DNA of 63,983 bases, counting the filler, from Hydrolagus affinis (taxonomy: Eukaryota): assembly GCA_012026655.1 (NCBI GenBank). It is 4 parts of 4 records of this genome, joined end to end, with 100 filler letters (N's around TTAATTAATTAA, not from the genome) between each part and the next. Parts side by side here need not be neighbours in the genome. Positions count along the whole stretch, not along the records: positions 1 to 24,199 come from JAAILG010010624.1; 3 more parts are not named here. One strand, 5' to 3'. This document shows, piece after piece, positions 1 to 12,529 of the stretch. A model generated the notes under the pieces. It worked only from the letters and a program-made list of their open reading frames with translations, was not told the DNA's origin and searched no databases. The translations under genes were made by a program, and so were the position numbers. Every line of letters begins with the position of its first letter. The first letter of the stretch is position 1.

Positions 1-741
1 ATACAACAGGGGGAATTGACAACAAATTTGGATTGACTGAGTGTCTTTCGGGTCGAGAGGACAACTCAAGCTGAGATTTGAGGGATTGGGACGCAAGCTT
101 GGTGAAGGGACAGTTTAGGGGTGAGTTGAGGCAGAGAGGAGGGAGAGAACGGTGCATCAATGTGCATATTCTACAGCTTTTGAAGGGAAGAGAATGGTAG
201 CAGCGACAGACGTTTTGCATAGTCAAGCCTGACCACGATCAATAAAAGAAATGTTATAAGTAACTAATCAAAATGTAGATTGCAACTCCCCAAATCTTCC
301 CTCTTGCTAGTCTGCGCCCACAGTAACATTGGAAACCAACTAAGCATGACGTGTCCTCCAGGGAGCAAGAGAAAAGTCCTTTCCAAAGCCACATCGACAA
401 GCAGAGATGGCACATACAGGTGGAATTGATTTATGCGTTTTGGATCACATGCAGTGTCAGTGTACTTTACTACAGGTGTCAAACAACTGGCTGATAAAAA
501 AAAAAGGCAGTGATGGAAGGGAACCAATGTGGGAGCGAGATGATAGAACAGAATGCGTGACGCAAAATGAAACAGAGGTGGGTTTTAAAAATAATCCTCC
601 CACCTACTCTCTCGTAGCCCATGGCAACTTCTGTTTGCCGTTTCCTATTCAGCTCTCCACACCATACCTCACTGTCTCACAGCCAACATTCTCCAACTAC
701 ACCATCAACCCACTCTCAACTCGTCGAGAAATTAGATACGC

Positions 742-1761
742 ATGACAATGTACATATATGTGGCAGCATTTCTCATTGGCTTGTCAGGTAAGCCACAAGT
801 CACACTATATATATATAATATATATTTCTTTACCTATTCTTTTGCCTATACCTTACTCTACGCACACGCCCTTGTAGGAAGGAAACCGGCCGGCAATAAA
901 TTTGTGTATTGTGTTTCCGAACAGATTAATTCCTACTAATGTCACCATGAATAGATCACTCAATTCGGCAATGTTTGTGGGATTATGAGACACACAAAAG
1001 GGGCGGCCACGTTTTGATCAACCAATTGGCTTGATGCATATTCATGCTTCTGGCATCCACCTAGTCCCCCGAATCCATCCGCTCCTCCATCGTCGGCCGC
1101 GCCTTCAACCACTATGACCTGAGCATCCGGAACTCCCTTCATCACCCCCTTCGCCTCTCCCTCTCTCTTCCCAATTTTAGTTTCCTGCTGAAGACGTTTC
1201 TCTTCGATCGCACCTTTGTCACATTTTTCCCACTGTCCCCGGGATCCTTTATTGTGAAGCGCTCTGAGACGCCGTAGGTCGTGGAGGGCGCTCTAAAAAT
1301 GAAAGTTTTTCTTGTTTTGTCATACGAAGCGCAATGTGATTCCTCAAGTGCGAGAAAAGCTGTTGTACACATTTATTACTATTATTATCATTAATAGCAG
1401 TAATCACAGTAATGTTAGTACCCTATTAGACGCTGATGTGCGTTTGGTTCCCAGGACTTTGTGCAGGAGATGCTGTGACACAGCTCCAATCTACTGTGAA
1501 AGTGAAGGAAGCGAAGGATGTGCTTTTGCAGTGTAATTATACTACAAGCGACACCATGCCCTACCTGTTTTGGTACCGTCACTATCCCAACTCAGCTCCA
1601 GAATAAATCCTCAGCACATCCACCAGCAACAGACCACAATATGCTTACTTTGCCAAAGGACATTTCTCAGCAACAGTGGATAAAGTGGGGTGAACCGTGC
1701 CATTAAATATATCCCAAGTGAGAGTCACAGACTCGGCGGTGTATTACTGTGCACTGAGCCC
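742..1761 (+). pseudogene. TCR alpha/delta-type V segment V1 (family A), pseudogene
   Basis: Leader exon 742-787 (MTMYIYVAAFLIGLS, GT donor 788). V exon 1455-1761 reads GLCAGDAVTQ...QCNY...WYRHYP...VYYCALS, with in-frame stops TAA 1604-1606 and TGA 1691-1693. Confidence 0.93.
1060..1320 (+). mobile_element. L2-type LINE 3' end fragment
   Basis: Decayed GRAFNH...RNSL...LKTFLFDR C-terminus followed by the tail tgtgaagcgctctgagacgcc...gggcgctctaaaaat that recurs across the window. Boundaries approximate. Confidence 0.7.
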
Positions 1762-1800
1762 CACAGAGACACAGATCAGCGGTACCGCCCTACAAAAATT
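1762..1800 (+). other. 23-RSS of V1
   Basis: CACAGAG + 23 nt + ACAAAAATT. Confidence 0.93.
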
Positions 1801-1807
1801 TCCATGT

Positions 1808-2185
1808 GGAGTCCTGTAGCTCAGTGGTTACAGCATTCGACTCACAGGCAAGATGCAATGGTTTGAATTCACGCTTGAGCGAAATGTGGGGCAAGTTTCC
1901 TTACTCCACATATATGTGGCTGTTTACATGGCAGTAAGTCGGAACTATGTTGTTAGCGGATTAGTGATTCGCTATTCCGTGCGGAAGAATTCCTTCAGAA
2001 TATTGATAATATTAATAAATTGGTCATTCAATCCAATGGATCTCTGATGTGCAAACTTGGCTTTCGCGTTTCTCCCACACAATAAGACGTCAAAGTACAG
2101 TACATTTTACAGTACCTTCTGTAAAGCGCTTCATTGCACCTCTAAAATATGATATGGCGATCTATTAAAAGCAAGGAATATTGAT
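1808..2185 (+). mobile_element. tRNA-derived SINE directly behind the V1 RSS
   Basis: A box TAGCTCAGTGG 1817-1827, degenerate B box 1861-1870, and the body and tail (ctgtaaagcgct...gcaaggaatatt) shared with the other SINE copies. Confidence 0.8.
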
Positions 2186-2424
2186 ATTTTTATTAAACAC
2201 GGTATTGTCACAGAGATAACCTCAACGTTCTTGCCTTTTGGGGAGACCTTCACGATATAGAAGTTTTTCTGTGCTGTTCTAGTCGATTGCAAAACATCTA
2301 ATATAGTAAATAAATCAATAGCTTGCGTTTATACAGCGCCATTCAGAAAGGGAATTTTGAGCCTGGCTGGAAATCCTTTGCTATGAAATGTCTCCAATTG
2401 TGCACGTTCTGTACCTGCAATCCA

Positions 2425-2438
2425 CCGGCAGATGGCGC
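2425..2438 (+). promoter_or_regulatory. CTCF-type motif
   Basis: CCGGCAGATGGCGC matches CCRSYAGRKGGCRS exactly, with an upstream TGCAAT at 2416-2421. Confidence 0.65.
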
Positions 2439-2900
2439 ACTAAGCACATACAGTATCTAGCATGAGCTGCAACTGACATAACTTGCCTCATTCCTTTCTG
2501 TAACTAACTTCCTTGTGAGCTATAGCAGGTGCTTCCTGTAACAGCTGATGTTGGAGCTTCATACACACTATGGTCTCTGCAGCTGAAAAGTGCTAATGTT
2601 TGTTTGCTTAAACATGAATCGTGCTATTGTTTTTCCAGAATCAATTGACGTGACACGTTTTCTATCTTATTGTATTTCCCCCAAAATAATCTGCCACCAT
2701 TGAGTGGCTCTCACTCTGGTGTTCAACGTGTTAGGTTTTCTCAATGGCTGTATGGGCACTTTCTTTGCTTAATTGGGGAAGGAGAATAAAATTGTTCAGT
2801 TTAATTGTATTTTTGATTTAAAGAACTAATGATATTTCTTAATTTGCGCCGTCCTGCCTTGGATGCAGTTCCAAATCGAATCGCATAGCGATAATAATTA

Positions 2901-3665
2901 GAAGAATCCTTGCATTTTATAACATGCCTTCATATAAGAGATGCTAACAAAGCGTTTAATATGAGATAATGTGACAATACATGATTGCATTTTGAAGAGA
3001 AATACAATAGGTAATTTGAACACAGTAATTTTCCCACGAATATACATGAAGCGAACGTTGGCTCTATGTAAGCTTTGTTGACAATAACGCCCTGACACAG
3101 TCATCAATTTAAATTTCAGTCGAAGCGTCATCTCAGGGTGAGGTGGGGGGACTAATGATGATGCTTCAAATAGGAACGTTTTGAGTTCGGCCTGAAAGTC
3201 AGAATGTGACATGGGAATCCAATGTGAATCTCGGATGGAGTTCCTGAATTTGGGAGAGAATAGGCTGAAAGCCCATTTGTCAATTCTGGTGTTGGAAGTG
3301 CCGGGGACATGAAACACATTTAACATTCTGACTTTCAGGCCGAACTCAAAACGTTCCTATTTGAAGCATCATCATTAGTCCCCCCACCTCCCACTGAGAT
3401 GACGCTTCGACTGAAATTTAAATTGATGACTGTGTCAGGGCGTTATTGTCAACAAAGTACTAATGATATTTCTTAATTTGCGCAGTGAGCAACGTTACAT
3501 AGAGCCAACGTTCGCTTCATGTATATTCGTGGGAAAATTACTGTGTTCAAATTACCTATTGTATTTCTCTTCAAAATGCAATCATGTATTGCCACATTAC
3601 CTCATATTAAACGCTTTGTTAGCTTCTCTTATATGAAGGCATGTTATAAAATGCAAGGATTCTTT
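2901..3665. repeat. Inverted duplication (arms ~2901-3207 and ~3323-3665)
   Basis: The right arm is the near-exact reverse complement of the left. The same spurious peptide appears in ORF 2898-3326(-) and ORF 3519-3782(+). Confidence 0.92.
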
Positions 3666-5119
3666 CAATTTGATTTGGAGCTTTTCACGTCGTCTTGGCA
3701 TCCCATGGCTCCACATAAAATTGTATATGAACTGCGGCAACCAGTTTCACACAGCAGTGTCCTAAACACAGTCCTGATTTAAAATGACCCATGTAATGTT
3801 GGTTTTCTTAGGCATTGTTTTCAGTGGTGTGCGGATAGAAAGCTTTATACTCTCTGCAATTGGTTAGTTAGAATGCATTTTTTTCCATTGAGAGGGAGAG
3901 CACATTCCTTTCGAATATATGTGATATCCCATGTTTAGGTGAATTGCACAGAATTAGCAGGGATTTGTTTGGATTCTTTAAATATTTTGAGGTCCAATAG
4001 GAGACACAGTTGAGCACAATGTAAAACAGTTGATAGTTACATACACTTCGTGTAAATATTGAAGATTGAGATGGCCAGCAAAAAGGCGAGAATGGCGAGA
4101 AGATGGTTGTGTTGTTTGAGGATGCTGAGCGGATAAATGTAGGGGTGGGTGTACCTACGATTCTCTCCCCATTCATAATGACCTAGCGTCAGATTTTACA
4201 ACTGTGTCGAGCTCTGACACACTACTCTGTTTCAGCAGTGCTGTCTAAGTATATGCTTTTGTTGCTGTAATTCAAAATACACATAAGCAATTCAAACACA
4301 GAACGCACTGATGCGAATGACAAATGTGTGCTGACAGCAGGGATAAAAATATTTAGTTAAAATTCCGCAGTGAACCTTATTACCAGTTTCGTGATTCAAC
4401 CAATAAATGAAAGCAATACGGCACTGAATTTGGATTGGGGATGTGGTGGGGGAGGATGTGGTGGGGGTGGAGAGAGAATGCAATGTTCCCCAAGTCCAGG
4501 CAGATGGGCATTGACACGAATGTCTGTAGTACAACCATATGTCCAACAGTTGGCGGTGTTGCACTGTATTCACTCCTTGTGTTCACAAAACAATAACTGC
4601 CCAGTGGCTGAATGCGGTATCACAGCTCCAAGTGCATTCACTTCAGATGTTATTAATTTTTGTATGGGTTTCGTCATCACCGATTACGTAAGATCACGTT
4701 TTGAGTTTCTCCACAGTGTTCTATTGTAAAGGTCCAATAAATCTTCATTAGTTATCACTTGTTTTTATAATTAATCATGTCCCAATTGAATCCCAGGACA
4801 TTATTGTATTCATTATAACAAAAAATGGTGAATTGTTCACATACATCCATCCACGAATCTTTCTGGGTCCCTGCTTTGTTCAATTCTCTGACCAATTTCC
4901 CCACAAATGTACGGTTAATTCACTTTACAGTAAATTATGTGACGTCCCACAAGATATGTGGAGAATGTGGAAAAAGTTATATCAAATGTAATGATAATTA
5001 TTATTGCTTTGCGCCTCAATTCAGTTTAACACTATAAAATTTTAGAGAGACTTAAAGCCGAGATCCGATTTTCCTTTTTGTACATCTCCCCTGATGCTTG
5101 TATGCAGTTATTGTGTGTT

Positions 5120-5670
5120 CAATTAACGATAAAAAAAATCCTGCAGTACTGCATTACTACCGCCAGATGGTGGCCATGCGCTTTGTAACTGCCCACAAGT
5201 GAAATCCCTTGTTCTCGTTCAGCTGAGAAGAGAAAGTTTGACCAGACCTAATCTGCAGCTTGGTAACGCATTGTCAGAATCATGACAATAGCTTCATGGC
5301 TTCAAACCACCCCTCGCCTCACACTCCCAAAGCACCTGCGACAGTCTCTAGTCTGATTTCTGATCAATATATATCAGGTATACATTTATTTGTGGATTAC
5401 GGGATTGAGCGGTTATGGGGAGACAACTGGTGAATGGGATAGAATTGCTCTTTTCATAAGGCGGCACCCACTCAATGGACCGAATGGCCTCCTTTTTGTG
5501 TTCAAATTAACGATAATAATCTGCAGTACCTCATTACTACCGCCAGATGGCTGCGATACACTGTGTAAATTCTTATTGTGTTCTGAGTAAAATCCCTTGT
5601 CCTCATTTAGCAGAGGAGAACATGTATGAGCAGAGTTGATCTGTAGTTTGGTAATACATTGTCAGAATTC
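5120..5670 (+). repeat. Diverged direct repeat of a ~170-bp unit, each copy with a CTCF-like motif
   Basis: ctgcagtac...cattactaccgccagatgg...aaatcccttgt...cattgtcagaat at ~5120-5280 and ~5505-5670. Cores at 5160-5173 and 5540-5553. Confidence 0.75.
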
Positions 5671-6181
5671 TTCCCAGTGGTTCCCACTGCTGATGACAAC
5701 ACAGCCCGGCCTGGCTCATCGGCAGGACTGATGCAGAGGAGATCAGCCCAAATCTTCGAATCTTCACAATTTCTCCACTGCAGTTGTCCAGCTGTCAATT
5801 GACATCCAGCCTATTGCCTTGCTTGCTTGGATTCAATCAAGGAAATGTCCTTTACTTTAATGGTTGGAAAGCTTGCCTCTTAAGAATACGTGTGTCACCT
5901 TTCGAGCTGGGAGGACTATTCGGTGTGTTTTCGTCACAAACAAACATGCCTCTGTTTTAACAGCTGTAAGTGTTCACCCTAATCATTGTCGATTGACGAT
6001 TGAATGTAGCACAAGCCAACATACAGGAAGTGAGATGTCAGTGAAGCCGTCACCCAGAATATAGTTATAACCCGCACAGCTAAAAGTATTCGAGAAACAT
6101 TCATAATCCCTAAACAGCCTTTGGATGATTTCCCATTGCAATTCCCTGACAGATTTTCACTAGACGCAGCGACGAATAAGA

Positions 6182-6590
6182 ATGAAGCCATGTTACACTG
6201 CAATGCGTATCATTCTTAATTTAATGATTCCGTGCTTCTGTAAGTAAAGCCCCAGATTGGACAAACATATTCTTGTTTTCCTATCAACTACATTATAGTT
6301 GCAGCTTTTTCAAAGTTTCTTTGCTAGAATGTGCATGTCTGTTCCCCCAGTTGTGTTGGCTGACAACGAAGTGACACAGAGACCACTGTCCATGACAGAG
6401 AAAGAAAATGGAAATATATCTATGGAGTGCAGCACCACTACGATCGGCCCAACCTTTCAATGTTACGCACAGTATGGAAAGAGTTGAAGACGAAGGAGAG
6501 GATAAATGCTTTGACTGATGGAAAAAATAGCACGTTATCGATCCGAGAAGTGAGAGTGTCTGACTCCGCCACTTACTTCTGTGCGGAGAG
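6182..6590 (+). pseudogene. TCR V segment V2 (family C), pseudogene
   Basis: Leader 6182-6239, V exon 6351-6590. The conserved Trp is TGT (Cys), and a ~34-nt deletion relative to paralog V11 shifts the frame (TGA). The 3' part SATYFCAES is in another frame. Confidence 0.93.
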
Positions 6591-6629
6591 CACAGTGATG
6601 TGTGTTTACAAAGGACCTGTACAAAAACT
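6591..6629 (+). other. 23-RSS of V2
   Basis: CACAGTG + 23 nt + ACAAAAACT. Confidence 0.95.
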
Positions 6630-7143
6630 TGCTGGGTTGCTGCAGCTCAATGGTTAGTGCACCTGCTTTGGAAACAAGAGAACCTGAGCTGGAATCGCCG
6701 CAGGGTGACACACTCAGCAAACCGCCTTACTCCACACACATCTATTTACATTGAAATATGTAAGTACACGGTTTGTGAACAATTGGCTGAATCGATTTCC
6801 TGGGGACAAGAATTCCCGTGAAGAAGTTGTTCCTCTCCAACCCAAGCCAATTGTGGGACGCTGATGTGAGGAATTGGCTGCCGCATTTAGCGGCAAATAA
6901 CAATTTTAAAGTTTTGTATGAAATTACTTTTAACTCTTCTATATTCCTGAGAAACTACAACTACAGCCCTAATGCAGGTTTCCTTGATCGAGTGATCACG
7001 TGTGTCCCTGTGTAAGACGCAGATGAACAAGACGCTTCACACCAAAGCAGAATATGACCCGGGAGCAGGAGCAGGAGGAGGGTTGAGGTGGTGTCCAAAT
7101 CACTTTTGTGGGAAGAGCTTTGTCTGTGAGTGGCAGTGACTGA

Positions 7144-7316
7144 GTGGGCGGGGCCCCTTGTGGACGAGGTTATGTGTGGGCGGGGCTCCATGAGGGCAGG
7201 GCTATGTGTGGTTGGGGCTATCTGTGGGCGCGGCTCAGTGTGGGCGAGGCACTGTGTGGGCATAGCGTTGTCAATGTGGGCGTTTTTCCATGTGGGCAGG
7301 GCAGTGAGTGAGTGTC
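7144..7316 (+). repeat. 16-bp GC-box minisatellite (~10 units, consensus GTGGGCGGGGCTATGT)
   Basis: Units such as gtgggcggggctccat, gagggcagggctatgt, gtggttggggctatct, gtgggcgcggctcagt and gtgggcgaggcactgt. Lies just upstream of TATATAAA at 7339-7346. Confidence 0.8.
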
Positions 7317-7387
7317 TCAACATTTCATCCACATTCACTATATAAACAGCCACATGTTGGAGAGTTAATGTCAGAGACAGGATTAAG

Positions 7388-8277
7388 ATGCTCCTTTGGG
7401 TGAAGTGTGCTGTGCTATCAGTAACTCTCAGCTTATTTTCTCGTATGTCACATTCTTATCCTTTACTATTTTCCTATAATTTCTGCTAAAGGCTTCAGTA
7501 GTGCAAAACTAATAATAATATTAATGATAATTGGGATTCTTTGAAGCGCTTCTTCACAGATTTGAGACGTCTCAACGCGCTTCAGAATATACTGTAAAGC
7601 GAATTTACAATGTATTCTCTGGGTGCAACGTGACAGCCAATTTCGCTCAACTGTGCCCAAAAAAATTTCACGGATTCAGTGACGAAATTAATATTATTAA
7701 TATTAATGTTATTTATATTAATAATATTAGTTCTATTTATCTAAATTTATGAATGATTAGCTCCAGAGTAGCAATCCACTAACACCTGGATTTCTAGTTA
7801 CTAGTAGGATCACAGAGACATGAGGAGTAAATAATTTTAGATGAGGCATTGCACTGCCCAGGAAACGAATCTGGCTCTACTCTCTTATGTAGCCAGTGTT
7901 CTAACCATCGAGCAGCAGGATTCCTATGTAATACAAACTTGCTTCTCAATAACCTTGTCGATTTCAATCACAGGAAGCAGCCTACAGGAAATGGAGAAAG
8001 AACCGATGACTGAAATATCGATTCTGGAGGCACAAGATGTGAAATTGTCCTGCAGCTTCAAGAAAATCAGTGATGCGTATGCTCTCTTCTGGTACAGACA
8101 AGCTTCCAGCCACGCTCCTGTGTATCTATTTCGGGGTACAGCGACTAACGTTCACAGGAACCCTGACTTCTCAGCTCGATTTTCCTCCACTGTCAATAAA
8201 TCGAGTGAACATTTCGAACTGAGGATTGGCACAGTCCTGATCATGGACATTGCTGTGTATTACTGCGCCATGATGCC
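7388..8277 (+). CDS. TCR alpha/delta-type V segment V3 (family D, singleton), apparently intact
   Basis: Leader 7388-7442 (MLLWVKCAVLSVTLSLFS, GT 7443). V exon 7974-8277 is open: KLSCSF...FWYRQ...AVYYCAMM. Confidence 0.9.
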
Positions 8278-8316
8278 CACAATGCTGCTGTGCTATGGGG
8301 GCTCTGTACAAAAACA
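8278..8316 (+). other. 23-RSS of V3
   Basis: CACAATG + 23 nt + ACAAAAACA. Confidence 0.93.
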
Positions 8317-8404
8317 ACAACTGGTTATTTTGCTGCTAAACCGTGAGGGGGCATCCTTGCTTCAAGCAACAATAAGCAGCATTTACATATGTTTAAAGAT
8401 ATGT

Positions 8405-8760
8405 AGATAAGAATAAGGAGCAGGAGTAGGCCATTTGACCCCTCCAGCCTGTTCCGCCATTCAAAAAGTTTATAAATTACCATCTAATCTAACTCAAAAT
8501 GCCCCTGTCTAATCCCTGTATCTCTTAATCCCTTTTTCCATAGCAAATCTGTCAATTTCCGTCTTGCTGTGAGTTCAAGGACTGAGCATCTGCAGCTTTT
8601 GGGGGCGTCGAGACTTCCAAAAATTCACTACCATATGAGTGGTTTTATGGAATTCCACCTTCAGTCATCACTACCTTACGAGTGAAGAGATATGTCCTTA
8701 GCTCTGTGTGATAAGGCTTACCCCTAATCTTAAATCACTGACCCCCGAGTTACCCCCAGC
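8405..8760 (-). mobile_element. CR1-type LINE 3' end fragment
   Basis: Begins with ataagaataaggagcaggagtaggccatt..., the same tail as the CR1 fragment at 29.2-29.7 kb that encodes RT C-terminal residues. Confidence 0.65.
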
Positions 8761-10058
8761 AATAAATAAGAAACTTATTGTTATTGGATTGCTGAATCGC
8801 TTTTCTGTGGGTAACAGTTTGTTCAAAAATAATAAATAATAAGAACAAAGAGGACTTTCATGCAATTATACTGTTTGTGGTAGACTGGTGTGCGCAATTT
8901 TCTTGCAGATTTCGCCCTCAAGATATATGGGAAACTCACTCTAGAATATAATCAGTGAAGCGCTTCGAGTCCCCAAGAAGACATGATGAAGCGAACAATC
9001 CAATGCACGTATTCCCATTGTCACGACATTTATCGAAAATTTAGTCTTTGTAAGTAGATATTTCTACAGAGTCTCTTTCACTTAATGTTTCAGGAATCCT
9101 TTCCCTAATAATCTGCGTACACAGATTTAAGGTTAATTTAACTTGAAGGTGAGTGTCTTTCATTGAGTTTGTCAGTCTTGCTCTATTTACAGAGCATTTG
9201 CGTCTGAGTCAGATGATAGTAGGTTTAAACACTGATTCACGAATTGGAACCCATAGCATTTAATGTAATCCACCTAAATTATTCTTAATAACGGGCCTAA
9301 TTATTTGAATATGCCTTTCGCCTGGTACGACATCATCAAACAACAACAGGATTGCATTTATAGAGCGATTTTCATTTCACGGGGACGTCCCAAGGCGAGT
9401 CATCAAACAGAGACTGTTTCTGTCCATCAGGTGGATGGTAAACATCTAATGTTACTTTCACAGTAGAGCTGATGAAATAGACAAAACGGATCTGTTCAAT
9501 TTATTCGTTTCTCTTTCTGAGAAACTTTTGTGACAGACAGGCAAATAAACACATTTTCGTTAAAACAAAAAGTCCTAAATCAAAATTAGACCTAAGCTGA
9601 CATTTCATTTAAACAGGATTTTTTTGTGCATTCAAATGAATACCTTTACAATATAACGCAAAGCTACATATGTACCGTGGCTTTCACGTCAGGAGATCGT
9701 CCCAAGTTGCTGGACAGTCTGGTATTTGGGCAAATGCTGGTGGTCAAGATTGGGGAGGAAGTATTGCTGGGAGAACAAATTGGTTACCAAAGGTCCTGTC
9801 GAAGAGGAAGGCTTTGAGATGTGCCTTGAAGGTGGCAAGGGAAGGAGGCAAGGGGAGGCGGAGTTACTCTGAACAAAATGGAAAGTGATAGGAAGAGTCG
9901 TAACATGTCTGCAGCAATGAATACAGACAAGGTAATGACTCAGGGCTCATTGTCGACTCCACGAGTGAATACACATGTATAATTGAGGAACTCGCTTGCA
10001 GCTGATTTATTGTTGCATTTGGAACAATCACCTCGTCGTGAGTCGACGGCTGATGAGA

Positions 10059-10515
10059 ATGATGCAGAATTTCGCTGCAACATACGCTGTTTTTAATTTC
10101 TTCGTATTATTGTTGTGTAAGTGGATAATGTGTTTGAACAAAACCAGCTTCACTTTTCATTGCTGAATAAGTGCAAATTAGCTTTCCTGATACTATCCGA
10201 ATTTTTTTGAAAGATTGTTCATTTCTATTCCCCAGGTGCCTTGGCTGAACGTGAGGTATCACAGAATCCTCAGGCACTGAGAGTGAATGCAAATGGAAAT
10301 GTGTCTATGGAGTGCAGAACCACTGGATACGTCAATTACTTTCATTGGTACAAACAGTATGAAAATGGTTCCATCCAGTACTTGGTGATTGGAACCAGAG
10401 AGACGAAGGAAGGGGCGAGGTTTATTGCCTTGGCTGACACAAACAAGAAAAACAGCACACTATCAATCAAAGATGTGCAAGTGACAGACACCGCCACTTA
10501 CTTCTGTGCAACGAG
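10059..10515 (+). CDS. TCR V segment V4 (family C), intact
   Basis: Leader 10059-10116 (MMQNFAATYAVFNFFVLLL). V exon 10236-10515: AEREVSQ...MECRTT...HWYKQ...TATYFCATS. Confidence 0.93.
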
Positions 10516-10554
10516 CACAGTGCTGCGTGTCTCAGAGGAGCCTGTACAAAAACA
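10516..10554 (+). other. 23-RSS of V4
   Basis: CACAGTG + 23 nt + ACAAAAACA. Confidence 0.95.
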
Positions 10555-11656
10555 GGATGATGTCGCTGCAGACCAATGCGTAAAGAACCCGCAAGCAAGT
10601 AGAGCTGGGGTTCGATTCTTGGCTGGGCAAATTATTGCGCGATTTTCCTTATTCTAAAAGTCTCTGTTGATAATTGTAATTTATAGGGACATGTTTCTCA
10701 GTCGATTGAGGGATCGCTTTCCTGGAAAAGTCATAATAAGTATTAAAAGGAAACATGTTCAATTCAATCCGCGCCTGTTTATGAGACGCTGCTCTGCACA
10801 CATTGCCTGCTGCAATTAGCCCAACTTATCAGTTCAATTCAATTCACAGCAGATCTCTGAATAATGAATCAGGCACAATTTATGTTGCAAGGTTTATAAT
10901 TACACTAACGCAGAGCATTATGTAGTAAACCAGCTGCTACACGACTGGCCGATAGCCTTTCCTGGGGCAATATTCCAATAATAAAATGGATGACTGTCGA
11001 TTAAGTTTTGCTAGACAAGACTGAGTACAATTGGCTGCCGTGTATTTTATTGAGAAAATACATGATCGCTACACATGGAAGAGATTAGAGATGTTTTAAA
11101 GATGCGATAAGATGCTACATCAAACACAATAACATTTATTGTACATCAAATTTGGATACGTACGCTAGAAAGCATGAGATGTGTTCGTCACATGTTTACA
11201 CACTGGTTAGTAAAATACGAACTAAACCAAGTTTTGGCGAATAATTGTGCTAAAAAAATCTTGTGTTTTGTACACAAACGGCGGTAACCCAAAGCCTCTA
11301 GATGAAATGGGGCAGGAAGGAAACTTGCAAGTTACTAGGGCAGAGACATCAGAGAAACTGGTGATGTAACGTGTCTCCTGCCCATTGGCTCTCAACCCTC
11401 TCAATAAACCATTTCAGCTGTTTACCATAATAATGGTAATGAATCAATATGGGAGCAAGTTGGAAGAACAGAGTGAATGATGCAAAGTGACAAAGACATA
11501 AGTGTTGTGAATAACCTTCAGAACTGCTCTGTAAATTCTGTATGCCATATCTTGTTCTGCCTTCCATACCGCATCTATCTGTCTCCCAGCCAACGGTGTG
11601 GAACTCCACCATCAACGCTCCCTCGACACCACATGCCACTAAACACACATATCACA

Positions 11657-12490
11657 ATGTATATTTACCTGGCAGCAGCCATCGTTATCTTCGTAGGTAA
11701 GCCGCAAACTTATATGAATATATTCCTGCACATGTTACCCAATGCGTATTTTTTCTTATTCCATGAATTACCCAATAAACTACAGGACTTGACAAGCGGT
11801 AGCGTACTGTAACTCAGTGAGTAGGGAGGGCGAATCTACAGGTAAGTTTACTTGCGGCACACACGCGTCCATGTTTCAGTAGTTTTAGATATGAACCCTA
11901 CTGTAGGTAAATTTACTGATCGCGTCTCCGAAGCATTGAATTCCAAAAATTTAATCATATCTAAATCAATCAATTAACTAGTGTTTTGGGGAAACCGATA
12001 CGCGCAATTGGTTCTGTCGTTTTGCCCAGAAAATGTGCTAAATTAATGTTATGTGAAGCGCTTTGTGCTGTCGTGGATACGGGCTAAGGCGCTGTAGTAA
12101 ATGAAAGAAATACCAACATCAATATTTTAGTGATTATTATTATTAATCACATTATTATTATTTATCTACCTTGTTTCTAGGACATTGTGAAGGCGACGCT
12201 GTGACACAGCTCCAATAAATTATGACAGAAAATGTAGGGGAGGATGCAATATTGCAGTGTAATTATACAGCTACTAGTGACATCGGAATGTATCTGTACT
12301 GGTACCGTCACTATCCCATCTCAACTCCAGAATATATCCTCAGCACATCCACCAGCAATAGACCACAATATGCAGACTTTGCCAAAGGACATTTCTCAGC
12401 AACAGTGGATAAAGTGGGGAGAACCGTGCCATTAAATATATCCCAAGTGTGAGTCACAGATTCGGCGGTGTATTACTGTGCACTGAGCCC
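11657..12490 (+). pseudogene. TCR V segment V5 (family A), pseudogene
   Basis: Intact leader 11657-11696. V exon 12181-12490 has stops TAA 12216-12218 and TGA 12450-12452. Confidence 0.93.
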
Positions 12491-12529
12491 CACAGAGACA
12501 TAGATCAGCGGTACCGCCCTACAAAAACT
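12491..12529 (+). other. 23-RSS of V5
   Basis: CACAGAG + 23 nt + ACAAAAACT. Confidence 0.94.

Noticed and set aside
400-740. Recurring short ORFs upstream of family A leaders (also 11.4, 18.4, 55.7-56.2, 56.7 and 63.3-63.8 kb)
   Set aside because: Paralogous promoter DNA with CCAAT and TGACG motifs; frames and stops are not conserved.
1811-1875. Real tRNA genes at the many TAGCTCAGTGG sites
   Set aside because: They lack paired acceptor stems and continue into SINE bodies.
2898-3782. 142-aa and 87-aa ORFs sharing the same peptide
   Set aside because: By-product of the inverted duplication of non-coding DNA.
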